Below are positions 21,699-31,240 of a DNA stretch of 64,000 nucleotides, in pieces; the stretch's first letter is position 1, and each line of letters opens with the position of its first letter. The position numbers and the translations under genes are program-made. Source of the stretch: Paramoeba atlantica (lineage: Eukaryota > Protista > Discosea); NCBI GenBank assembly GCA_977017575.1, contig CDRNVI010000014.1, forward strand, positions 62,001 through 126,000. Reading direction: 5' to 3'. The notes beneath the pieces were generated by a model. The model was not told the DNA's origin. It did no database searches and worked only from the letters and a program-made list of their open reading frames with translations.

Positions 21699-23654
21699 TC
21701 ACCCTCGCACCACGTCCTTGTATAAACTCACAAACTCCGCCGCCGTGAGCTGTACCTCCATCTCCGCATCCACCTTCCCCGTCCCCACCCCCCCTTTCCC
21801 CCCCTGCTTCCCCTGTTTCACCCTCCCGTACGCCTCCATCACCCTCCCCGCACTCACCCTCACCCCCGCCGACTCCAGCCCCCTCACCAACCGCCCCACA
21901 CTCAACGCCTCCCCCTCCGCCACCGCCGCCGTGGTGGCCTCCATAAACACATGCCGCGCCTTCTTCTCCTCCGGGTCCGGCATCCACAACAGCGGCACCA
22001 TCCCCAACGACAGCCCCAACGCGATCCCCAGCGTCCCCCCCGCGTGCCCCGCCAGGAACACCCCCCGCAGCTGGGTCTGCGCATGGCTCAACGGGGGCAT
22101 GCCAAACCCCATCCGCTGCCACAGCCGGTCCACCACCCCATGCACCTGCATCCCCACACACCCACTCACCACATTCCCCATCGCCGCGCTCGCCATCACA
22201 CTCGTGTGCAGGTGAAGCCCCACCGTGGAGTCAATCACATCCCCCGCGACCAGCATTAAACTGTTGTCCAGGAACCCAAACCCAATGAACGGAACCGCCG
22301 TCGCGAGGCCAATCGTACACAGCACCGACATTGGCACCGCAGGGGTAGCCTCCCCTTCACCACCACCACCACCACTCCTAGTACCACTACTCACAGCACT
22401 CGTCATAGTACCACTACTCCTGGTACTCCCACGCGTAGTACCACTCCCTGTTCCACTACTGCCACTGCCACTGTCCCCTGGCTTCCTTCCGAGGGCGCAG
22501 TGGAACCACTTGTCAAAGTCCTTGGGGGAGATGAGGGCGTCGCGGTCGTGGTCCGCCTTGGTGAGCTCCTTCTCGACGTGGGAGGGGCCGAACCACTCGA
22601 GGGCGCTGCCGGCGACGATGAGGCGCCGGCGGGTGTCGGGGGTGAGCTTGTGGAGCAGGCGGACGGCGTTCGGGGGGGAGGTCTCGAGGTAGGTGATGAC
22701 GTCGCTGAGGGTGGTGGGGGGGTAGGGGGGGGGAGCAGCAGCAGCAGAAGGAGGAGAAGATGAAGAAGACGACGAAGACGAAGAAGTGAGGGGGGTAGAG
22801 CTCGTGGAAGAGCGTGTGCCCTTGTAACTCGAGGAAGAAGAAGAAGAAGACGACGGGGTAGGGCTTGCCGTGTTCGTGGAAGAGCGTGTGCCCTTGTAAC
22901 TCGAGGAAGAAGAAGAAGAAGACGACGGGGTAGGGCTTGCCGTGTTCGTGGAAGAGCGTGTACCCTTGTAACTCGAGGAAGAAGAAGAAGAAGACGACGG
23001 GGTAGGGCTTGCTGTGTTCGTGGAAGAGCGTGTACCCTTGTAACTCGAAGAAGAAGACGACGGGGTAGGGCTTGCCGTGTTCGTGGAAGAACGAGAAGGG
23101 GAGGAAGAAGAGGGGGTGGGGTGAGAGGGTGGGGTGGCAGAGTTCGTAGAGGAACGTGGAGAAGAAGAAGAAGAAGAAGGGATAGAGCTTGTGGCGTTAG
23201 TGGAAGAATGGGAAGAAAAAGAAGAAGACGGGGTTTGGTGAGAGGGTGAAGTTGTAGAGTTCGTAGAAGAACGCGTAGAAGAGAAAGAAGACGAAGACGA
23301 AGGGGTTGGGGTGGAGCTTGTGGTGTGATGATGGGAGTTAGAGGATGAAGGGGAGGGAGTGAAGGGGGGAGAGGGTGTGTGGGTGAGGGGGGTTCGTGTG
23401 GTGTAGGAACGGGAGAGGGGGGGAGGGCAGGGAGAGGGATGGGGGAGGGAGAGGGATGGAAGGACGCGGGTGATGGGGGTGGGAGAGTGAGCCCGGGATG
23501 AGGTCCGGGAGAGGGAGGGAAGCTGGGGAGCTGAACCGTCGGGGCGAGAGAGCGCAAAAGGGTGTTCGCTGCGGGATGGGAAAGATTGAGGGGATGAACA
23601 CTTAAGCGAAAGCGTACTGCGTAAATCGGACAGGGCTGACAATCGTTTGGACAT
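21699..23654 (-). CDS. EF-hand + TMEM65-like membrane protein with a long Ser/Thr/Pro-rich N-terminal region
   Basis: EF-hand ADHDRDALISPKDF; PFIGFGFLDNSLMLVAGDVID...AAMGNVVS (TMEM65 signature). MSKRLSALSDLRS resembles a mitochondrial presequence. Confidence 0.8.
   Translation of the reverse strand: MSKRLSALSDLRSTLSLKCSSPQSFPSRSEHPFALSRPDGSAPQLPSLSRTSSRAHSPTPITRVLPSLSLPHPSPCPPPLSRSYTTRTPLTHTPSPPFTPSPSSSNSHHHTTSSTPTPSSSSSFSSTRSSTNSTTSPSHQTPSSSFSSHSSTNATSSIPSSSSSSPRSSTNSATPPSHPTPSSSSPSRSSTNTASPTPSSSSSSYKGTRSSTNTASPTPSSSSSSSSSYKGTRSSTNTASPTPSSSSSSSSSYKGTRSSTNTASPTPSSSSSSSSSYKGTRSSTSSTPLTSSSSSSSSSSPPSAAAAPPPYPPTTLSDVITYLETSPPNAVRLLHKLTPDTRRRLIVAGSALEWFGPSHVEKELTKADHDRDALISPKDFDKWFHCALGRKPGDSGSGSSGTGSGTTRGSTRSSGTMTSAVSSGTRSGGGGGEGEATPAVPMSVLCTIGLATAVPFIGFGFLDNSLMLVAGDVIDSTVGLHLHTSVMASAAMGNVVSGCVGMQVHGVVDRLWQRMGFGMPPLSHAQTQLRGVFLAGHAGGTLGIALGLSLGMVPLLWMPDPEEKKARHVFMEATTAAVAEGEALSVGRLVRGLESAGVRVSAGRVMEAYGRVKQGKQGGKGGVGTGKVDAEMEVQLTAAEFVSLYKDVVRG
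22800..23095 (-). repeat. Coding minisatellite, 72-bp unit x ~4 (TASPTP-Sn-YKGTRSSTN)
   Basis: TCGTGGAAG recurs at 22802, 22874, 22946, 23018 and 23081. Confidence 0.9.
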
Positions 23655-24306
23655 TAAAACGGAACGAAAGTGGATAAACAATCTATTGAAAAGTCATTTA
23701 AATTGTCTGCCTATGTACATGTAAAGTACCGGACGGCAAAAAGTTACTGTGCTCCACGACGAGAGCTAGTGAAAATAAAAAGAGCGTGAAGAGACGGTAA
23801 AAAAGTACGTGTTGCTGGGAGGTGTTTTAGTTTTCCGCCGCGAGTCCTTGGCAGACATTTTCCCCGGGGGTGACCCACCACCGTGGTACTCGCAGACAGA
23901 ATCCGCCAAGTTAAGATTTTACCGCAAAAAATCAGAACTTGATGAAAAAACGGCCCATTTTTTCAAAATTGTCTTCTACATGTCGTATTCCAATCTAAAA
24001 GGACTACTCCTCCTCTCATTGATTTTTATTAATAAAACATGATAATATTAAAAAAATAGTTATAAATTATGACAAAAGAAAAATTATATTATAATTATAG
24101 AAATCAATGGGAATGCTTTCCAAAGACACCGGAGACCCGCCAGTAAGAGACCTCGGTAAGAGAGATTTGGCCCTTTATAGACCGACCCCCAGTAGGAGAG
24201 ATTTGGCTCGGGAGGCCGGGTAGTTGGCGAGGATGAGACGGCGGGGGTTGTTGGATGGGTAAGGGTGAATGGAGGGGATGAGGGTGAGTAGCCAATTTTT
24301 CTTTTT

Positions 24307-24405
24307 TAGGCTCTTCGCTAAACGCGGAGGTAGTTCTGAACGCGAAGCGCGCAGCATGAGTGACTTCTAAGTTGAAAACAACCACGGCGTTTAAAGAAGC
24401 GTCTA
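24307..24405 (-). mobile_element. Hairpin-ended family, large-hairpin end (reverse orientation, degenerate)
   Basis: Reverse complement of the 25344-25442 hairpin, including the GAAGTCACTCATGCT loop. Confidence 0.8.
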
Positions 24406-25343
24406 AAAAAGAATTATTATTGTCCTTGTGTAAGCGTACGTCTAACGGAGATACTAGCATGCTAAACGTAAGCTTGTGATTACAGAAACAGTATCGTTGT
24501 AATTGGTGAGGACTTGCTTTCTCCCGTTTAGACAGACGCATATGATGTACATCCCCGCCAATATATTTTAATAAATGGGACATTTTTCGACCTTTATAAA
24601 AAATGATTTATAAAGAAAATGCTTCCTTGTATAATTAATAAAGCTCTTTTTGAAACTTGTATACCGTTTTTCATCAAATGGGTCGAAAGAGTCATTCTGA
24701 AAGTATGAGGAACATTGATGTGCTTAGGGGAAACTGATGCTTTGGGAATCGACCAGCACTGCGGTGGATTGAGAAAAAGTAATTTTCGAAAAAGCTTTTT
24801 TCGAATAACTGTGAAAATAGATTATTTTCTGAAGTGTTTTCTTTATGAAGTGTTTAGCTTCAGCCTTACGACGTCGGAGTTTTCAACAGACTGAATCCTC
24901 AAGTTAGATACCAACGCACTTGCACGTCGCTCAAATCCTGTAGGAGAAACGCCACTTGGGAGAGAAGATTGGCGATGCGAAGGGCTTAGGCGCAAAAATG
25001 TCGGAAGAGCAACTTTTAGCATCGATTTCTAAAGCATACAAATGAATGTTGTTGCCGAAGCAAACTGAAGCAACCGTTGCAGCGTAGAAAAAATGGCGTT
25101 AGCAAAGAAACTTTAACGGATACCGAGAATTCTGATCAAGCATGGTCACGTCGTCACGAGTTATTTCGTTCTATGATGGAACTAAAAGGGATAGACTATC
25201 CCTTTTGAAAGCGAAGATGAGCGCAACGATGCAGAATGGTTTGAAGTAGACTCCAGTGTGCATGTCCAGTCCTCGCTCGGTCCTTTAGTTTGTTAACTAT
25301 TTTTAGTCTACATTGAATTGGGCTTAACTTAATAATTCTTTTT

Positions 25344-26219
25344 TAGGCTCTTCGTTAAACGCGGTGGTTGTTTTCAACCTAGAAGTCACTCATGCTACGC
25401 TCTCCGAGTTGAAAACCACCACCGCGTTTAACGAAGAGCCTAAAAAAGAAAATTTGGTATGGAAAACAAAAAGATTATGGCCAAAAATAGCCGAATTTCG
25501 GGTAAAAATGGGGTGATTTTCGCGTATTTTTGCTCTCCGAGCACTAAATCCGACATTTGCGCGTGGGAAATCACTCGTAGGCATGAATGAAAGCCTACCG
25601 AACGTATTGGGTAGAGAATACGACTCCAACCATACCATTCTTTCGACACAAAAATGCCCCTTTAGGTCCGAAAAATACTTTTTCACCTTTTTTAGTCAAA
25701 AATGGGTCATTTTGAGGGGCGCACCACGGTTCGAAGAAGTGATACCTTGCGAAAACAACTGCGGAGAAAGCTAGTGTAGGTCCCAAACTATCAAAATACA
25801 ATAGGGGAAACGATTTTGGAAAAATATTTTTTTTGCCATTTTTTTCGCCAAGTTGAATTTTTTTTCAAAATTTTTTTTCCGAAAAAATCCGAACTTGGCG
25901 GACCCGTCCTGCGGATACGCGCGGCGGTCACCCCCGGGTAGGGGGGTGGAAAATGCGCGCCAAGACCCCGGCTACCCTTTCTGCGGTTTTTTTTCGAAAA
26001 CAAATTTTTTCGAAAAAATTTGCTCGACCATGACCCCCCCCCGGACCCCCCCATGGACCCCCCATTTTTTTCAATTTTTCAGTTTTGGTCCACCGGAGCC
26101 CCCTTTTATATTTTTTTCTTCTATTATATTACTGTGTTCCCCTCTATATTTTCACTGTTTTTGTTCACTTTGTTTTCTATAATCGAGTGTAGAGCGGTAG
26201 TTTTACAACCACCGCAATA
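25344..26219 (+). mobile_element. Hairpin-ended non-autonomous element, apparently complete
   Basis: 5' ~99-nt hairpin (TAGGCTCTTCGTTAAACGCGGTGGTTGTTTTCAAC...GTTGAAAACCACCACCGCGTTTAACGAAGAGCCTA) and 3' 22-nt hairpin GCGGTAGTT-TTAC-AACCACCGC followed by AATA. Confidence 0.8.
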
Positions 26220-26250
26220 TTGGATAGAGCAAGCACCTAATGTGCTTTGA

Positions 26251-27720
26251 TTTGATGTTCATGCGCTCGTTGGCGCAGAGATACAGCCCTTGATGCGACA
26301 GCCGATATCATCGGCACAATCCGTAATGACGGATGTCGCACCAAGGGGATTAGCACGGACTCTGTCGGTAGAGGGGGTCCAGGTAACTCGCCCTCTCTTT
26401 ACGCAGCCGGAGGGGCGTACTGCAACCGACTCGGTCCCAGTCGGTAGAGGTGGTCCAGGCAACTCGCCACCTCTTTACGCAGCCGGAGGGGCGCACTGCA
26501 ACCGACCGCTGCCTCGCGATAAGACGAGGCAGAGCCACACCCAGTGGTGCTCAAGGGAGGCCACCATGGCGCATGGCTCCCCGGGAAGGAAAGGGCGCGA
26601 AAGGAAGAAATCCGGGGAGGGAAGAAAACTCACTCAAAGAGTGAGCCGGGGAGGGGTGATGGGGTGGAAGCACGTCCGCTACTTCGCCGAGAAGGAGGGA
26701 CAGTTTCGGCCTTAGTGCCGGACGGCAACGGGCATATAACAGTGAGACTATGCCCGTTGCCGAGGAAAGAAAAGATGAACTAAAGGAAAATGTACTAACA
26801 AGGTACAGAAACTGTATCTTTGTAAGATGAATATACTTAAAGAATATACTTGAAGATGAATGCAATGAGTCTGTAAGTTCTCCAAGATTCTTAGCATGAC
26901 ATCATCGGCGTTCCTCTTCAAACCAGCATTCCCCGAAGCACCATACTTTCCGTTGACGTTTTGGTGCACCACCACTTTGCGACAATGAGTTTCATCCTAG
27001 CCTCACTGCGTCTCCGACTCCCGTCCTATGTGAAGTGCCAGCCGTGGGTTGCTACGGCTGGCTCGCCCGCCGGTCCGCAAGGACCGGTCGTACGCATCGG
27101 AGTAACATCCGAGCCGTCGGGCCCCCTCGCGTGGACGGTAGAGGACCCATAGCCTGTCAAGGCCAAATGGGTGCAAAATTAGATTAGATTAGATGAGTTT
27201 CATGTGTTAGGGCGACTTGTGTACTTTTCTGTAGCACAAAACTTTCAGGACTACCAGCTTATGACTTTTGATCCATTCGATTTCCTCGGTCTAAAGAGCT
27301 ACTTTGTTTAATATGAGGTCACGCCGACAAGAAAACCTAACACACCCTTGACAAGGCATAAAAGAATCACCAAAAATCTAAAAATGAACCTACTAGTTTA
27401 TAAAAGGGGAAAAAATCATGCCGAAAAATGAAGAAAAATTCTGAACGTGAAAAGGCTAAATTTGCTTCAGTTCACCCGACAAGAGGTGCTTATGAGGAAG
27501 ATTCGTTTGAGAGAGATGAATTAGATCTTCTGATAAGTAGTGAGTCAGATGGCGATCAAACAGAAATGTATCCATGAAATTTGCAGCTTTTGATTTTCAG
27601 TGTACGCAATTAGTTTCTTATTTATACTGTGACCCCCCTCTTTAATATGCATCCCCCCTTACCCCCCTTTCATAAGCACAAAATTGAAGCTGAAGAAAGT
27701 TTTTGTAGTGAGACCTAATT
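26251..27720. repeat. Structured SL-containing repeat, copy 1
   Basis: Near-identical to 62328-63813 and, over its first ~570 bp, to 29215-29790. It is a chain of GC-rich hairpins with no credible ORF. Confidence 0.9.
26792..26822 (-). ncRNA. Spliced-leader exon-like segment
   Basis: Minus strand CAAAGATACAGTTTCTGTACCTTGTTA|GTAC versus the kinetoplastid SL 3' consensus ACAGTTTCTGTACTWTATTG|GTA. Confidence 0.65.
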
Positions 27721-27860
27721 CAGAGGTGGGTATGTTATCTACCCCTTGTTCACGATACCACCCGGTAACCTATGCCCTGGTATGTTATGGTGCTACAGGT
27801 ATGTTACCCCGGGCCCCCGTTTAATCTGAGTAACTCAATTCAGGAAATCATGTAAATCAG

Positions 27861-28667
27861 TCAAAATTTCATGCAAGGAAAATGTACTTTTCTTTTCGAT
27901 GGATAAGCAAGCTCTTTTCGCCGGTGCAGTGTGATACCAGTACCCCTCACCGAAAGATACGCACCCCACGGGAGGTCTTCTTTGCGTAGTTCTCCGTGAA
28001 GTGCTTCGTTGTTGTCCAGATAGAGACTCAGAATTCCATGAAGAGAGTCGAAATTTAAATATCCGCGAAATAAATTCGCCGAAAGGCCAAGATAGTGCAG
28101 CGTAGGTGGTAAATGCTGCAATTCCAGCTTGCCCGTCAGAGTATTATTGTTGAGACAGATGTGACTGATTCGCCTTGGCAATTGACTAAGGCAAATATCC
28201 CCTGAAAAATTGTTCTCTTCAAGGTAAAGATAAAGAAGACTTTGTGGTAAGGATGTCAAATTTACTGGCCCTGTGAAGTGATTTGTGGCAAGATTCAGGT
28301 ATTCAAGCGAAGGAGGGAGTGAATCTAGACATACTGTACCAGTAAAATCATTAGTGGCCCCACAGAAATATGTGACAGTGTAGGGTAGATACGTCAAATG
28401 GAGTTCACCCCCAGCGCGAAACCATTTCAAATTGATTTTGTAGACTTGTGTGCTGTATCGATTCTCCCATTTAATTCCGTACCACTCACACGCAGGGGTA
28501 TTGACATTCCAGGAGGAATCTGGCTTCTTTACATCTGCAAATAGTCGGACTAGCTCGTACTCTTGCGGTAGCATAGCACCCCTGACTTTAGAAGGACGCG
28601 CACGTCTCGAAATACTTACCTGTGATTGAGTTGAATCATCAGCAGGCCAAACCATTATAATTGACAT
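27861..28667 (-). CDS. LRR protein
   Basis: MSIIMVWPADDS leader; PSKVRGAMLPQEYEL...WNVNTPACEWYGI cap; LRRs. Confidence 0.9.
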   Translation of the reverse strand: MSIIMVWPADDSTQSQVSISRRARPSKVRGAMLPQEYELVRLFADVKKPDSSWNVNTPACEWYGIKWENRYSTQVYKINLKWFRAGGELHLTYLPYTVTYFCGATNDFTGTVCLDSLPPSLEYLNLATNHFTGPVNLTSLPQSLLYLYLEENNFSGDICLSQLPRRISHICLNNNTLTGKLELQHLPPTLHYLGLSANLFRGYLNFDSLHGILSLYLDNNEALHGELRKEDLPWGAYLSVRGTGITLHRRKELAYPSKRKVHFPCMKF

Positions 28668-28935
28668 TTCTCAGAAGATCAACTGTGATAAAGTGTTTTT
28701 TCGACTATTTGTTTAATTCATTCTTAATCCTTTGGTAGAGCGAACTGAGATGAACTATGGGTACTATTAAGTAACACTCATGCCTACACTACTAGCACAC
28801 ATTACCAGCGCAACGCTGATACTAGTATTGAATCTATGGCTGTACGAAAGGGCTGTACATCTATGGCTGTATACAAAAGAAAAAAATTCGAAACATTTGG
28901 AAAGGCTTTTTTTACTGACTGTAGGTTAGTGTCGT

Positions 28936-29214
28936 TCAGAACCGTACCTTCTGTTTTGAGATCTTGTCGTGATTCGGGCGTCTATGAACAGTAACGTAGG
29001 TTCCCATTGTTGAGACGTGTGTACCCCAAGGAAGTAATTTCTCTTCGATCTTCCCGTGGATCGCGTTGTTATTGTTCAAGTGTAAACTTATACTTTCAGG
29101 AAGAGAATCTAGTATCACATACCCGTGGAAATGATTTTCTGAGAGATCGAGATAAATCAACGTGGAGGGCAAGTGCTGCAAATCAGGAGTTCCTGCAAAA
29201 GCATTTTCCATCAA
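28936..29214 (-). pseudogene. LRR gene 3' fragment, cut off by repeat copy 2
   Basis: NAFAGTPDLQHLPSTLIYLDLSENHFHG...; paralogous to the C-terminus of 27861-28667. Confidence 0.8.
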
Positions 29215-29790
29215 TTTTGATGTTCATGCGCTCATTGGCGCAGAGATACAGCCCTTGATGCGACAGCCGATATCATCGGCACAATCCGTAATGACGGATG
29301 TCACACCAAGGGGGTTTAGCTCGGACTCTGTCGGTAGAGGTGGTCCAGGCAACTCGCCCTCTCTTTACGCAGCCGGAGGGGCGCACTGCAACCGACTCGT
29401 TACCAGTCGGTAGAGGTGGTCCAGGCAACTCACCACCTCTTTACGCAGCCGGAGGGGTGCACTGCAACCGACCGCTGCCTCGCGATAAGACGAGGCAGAG
29501 CCACACCCAGTGGTGCTCAAGGGAGGCCACCATGGCGCATGGCTCCCCGGGAAGGAAAGGGCGCGAAAGGAAGAAATCCGGGGAGGGAAGAAAACTCACT
29601 CAAAGAGTGAGCCGGGGAGGGGTGATGGGGTGGAAGCACGTCCGCTACTTCGCCGAGAAGGAGGGACTGTTTCGGCCTTAGTGCCGGACGGCAACGGGCA
29701 TATAACAGTAATACTATGCTCGTTGCCGGGGAAAGAAAAGATGAACTAAAGGAAAATGTACCAACAAAGTACAGAAACTGTATCTTTATA
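29215..29790. repeat. Structured SL-containing repeat, copy 2 (ends at the SL-like segment)
   Basis: Identity to copies 1 and 3 stops at ~29787-29790. Confidence 0.9.
29758..29790 (-). ncRNA. Spliced-leader exon-like segment (best match)
   Basis: Minus strand TATAAAGATACAGTTTCTGTACTTTGTTG|GTAC, one mismatch to ACAGTTTCTGTACTTTATTG|GTA. Confidence 0.75.
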
Positions 29791-30499
29791 ATCTAAATTC
29801 GATCGGTTACGCCATTGGGTGCAACACACCTTAAAGAAGGTGCTCCACATTCCTTTGAAAAGAGCCTAGAGAGGTTTGGAGTATCTCAAGATGTCTCAGG
29901 AGGAACGAAACAGTGCCGAATTTGCCCCTGACAGAGAGTTGTAGTGCGGAGAGTAGTAATCAAAGCTCTACAGATTTTGAATAACAAGCTTACTTTATTA
30001 TTTTAAACTTCTCCGCATGATACTTCTTCCCTAGAAAGACGTTTCACACTTCACGGGTATTCTTCTGATGTGGTTGTAGAGCCGAACGTTTCTTTCAAAA
30101 AGCCCAACGCATGGCGTGCTATGCGCTCTGGCAATGCTCCATCCGAATCTGACCCATGAGCAAGCATCGGCTGTTCTCATTCCTCATATGGGAGGTCATT
30201 ATTCATCACCCCATATATGGAAAAAAATTCTTCAGCCGGCCTTGAAGCTTTCTGATAATCTGGCCGACACAGAGAAGCTTTTCCATCCGAGAAAAGATTT
30301 TTTGTATGGTACTAAGCATACTCGATGACCTCCCTAATCAGCCATGGGCCCAGTGAATTAGAACGCGTGCCCAGTGAATTTATAACGCAAAAAAAGCCGC
30401 AAAGTATTGGACTGCGAAGTATTGGCTTGGAACCTACTCCTAGGCATCAAGCGTTTCCTGTTTTTTCCAGAGGAAAAGCTCTCCCAAGAACGAATGGAA

Positions 30500-30660
30500 A
30501 GGGAACTGCGGATGTAATCATTTGGAGGGATCGGAGACGATGGCCCCCTCGCTCATACCGGCCAACGCTCCCCCCACATCGGCACGTAAAAGAGCTGAAG
30601 AGCTCATCAGAGCTGGAGCCTTTTCTACAGCGGAGATCCTAGAATCCCCTCTTGAATGTT
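30500..30660 (+). mobile_element. Decayed fragment of the CRE-like non-LTR element (pre-RT region)
   Basis: EGSETMAPS..PANAPPTSARKRAEELIRAGAFS is homologous to EGSETLAPSPSQANGPPWSVKKRVEELCRAGCFS in 43145-43687. Confidence 0.75.
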
Positions 30661-31240
30661 TTGAGTGCAATATCTTTCACCCAAGATCTGTTAAGGGGGA
30701 GTCGACTGTATCACCAAAATGTTGGTCGACTGTACCACCAAAATCCAGCTTTGCAGTGTTAAAAGAATAGTAATCACTACGAGGTCAACGCGTAAAGACA
30801 CTGTATTGGGAACTGAAGTGGATTTGCAGAATACAGTATGCGCCCGATTCAAGTCCACAGAGGATGGTATTTATCGAATTATGGGATCAACGGGGTCTAC
30901 GTCAAAATTAGGGCATCATTTGGTCGAAGGGTGTATCAATGAACGGTATAAATAGTATGATAGAATGCATAGATTACTATTTATTAGAAAGTAGTAAGTA
31001 CAAGTAACTCATTTCATATATTTTTCAGTATCAATGCACAAAATTCTTTCTTGCTTTCTGCGCAGTTCAAAATTTTTCGTGACAACTACGTGTGCTTCTT
31101 ATAGTTTACATAAACAATGCTGTTCTTCTATCATACACAATAGGACCACATCGTAATTCGATCGGAACTGTAAGCGCGCAGATTCCCCCGTTACCCAGCA
31201 AGCAAAGCAGAAAACGCACTCGCCATACCCTACACAGATT

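Noticed and set aside
21625-23601. Multiple long alternative-frame ORFs over the TMEM65-like gene, and similarly over the BAG6-like gene, TRAP1 and the GC-rich LRR
   Set aside because: These are stop-poor shadows of GC-rich or low-complexity coding sequence.
26364-26506. CRISPR-like repeat-spacer pattern (also considered for 4237-4400 and 53040-53450)
   Set aside because: There are no unique spacers, no cas genes, and the context is eukaryotic. These are tandem duplications.
26700-26730. Hammerhead-like GGCC-GAAAC on the minus strand
   Set aside because: The required CUGANGA core is absent upstream of the stem.
26259-26975. ORFs called within the structured repeat (also 29298-29749 and 62413-63249)
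   Set aside because: Frames and lengths differ among near-identical copies and there are no motifs; they are a by-product of GC-rich hairpins.
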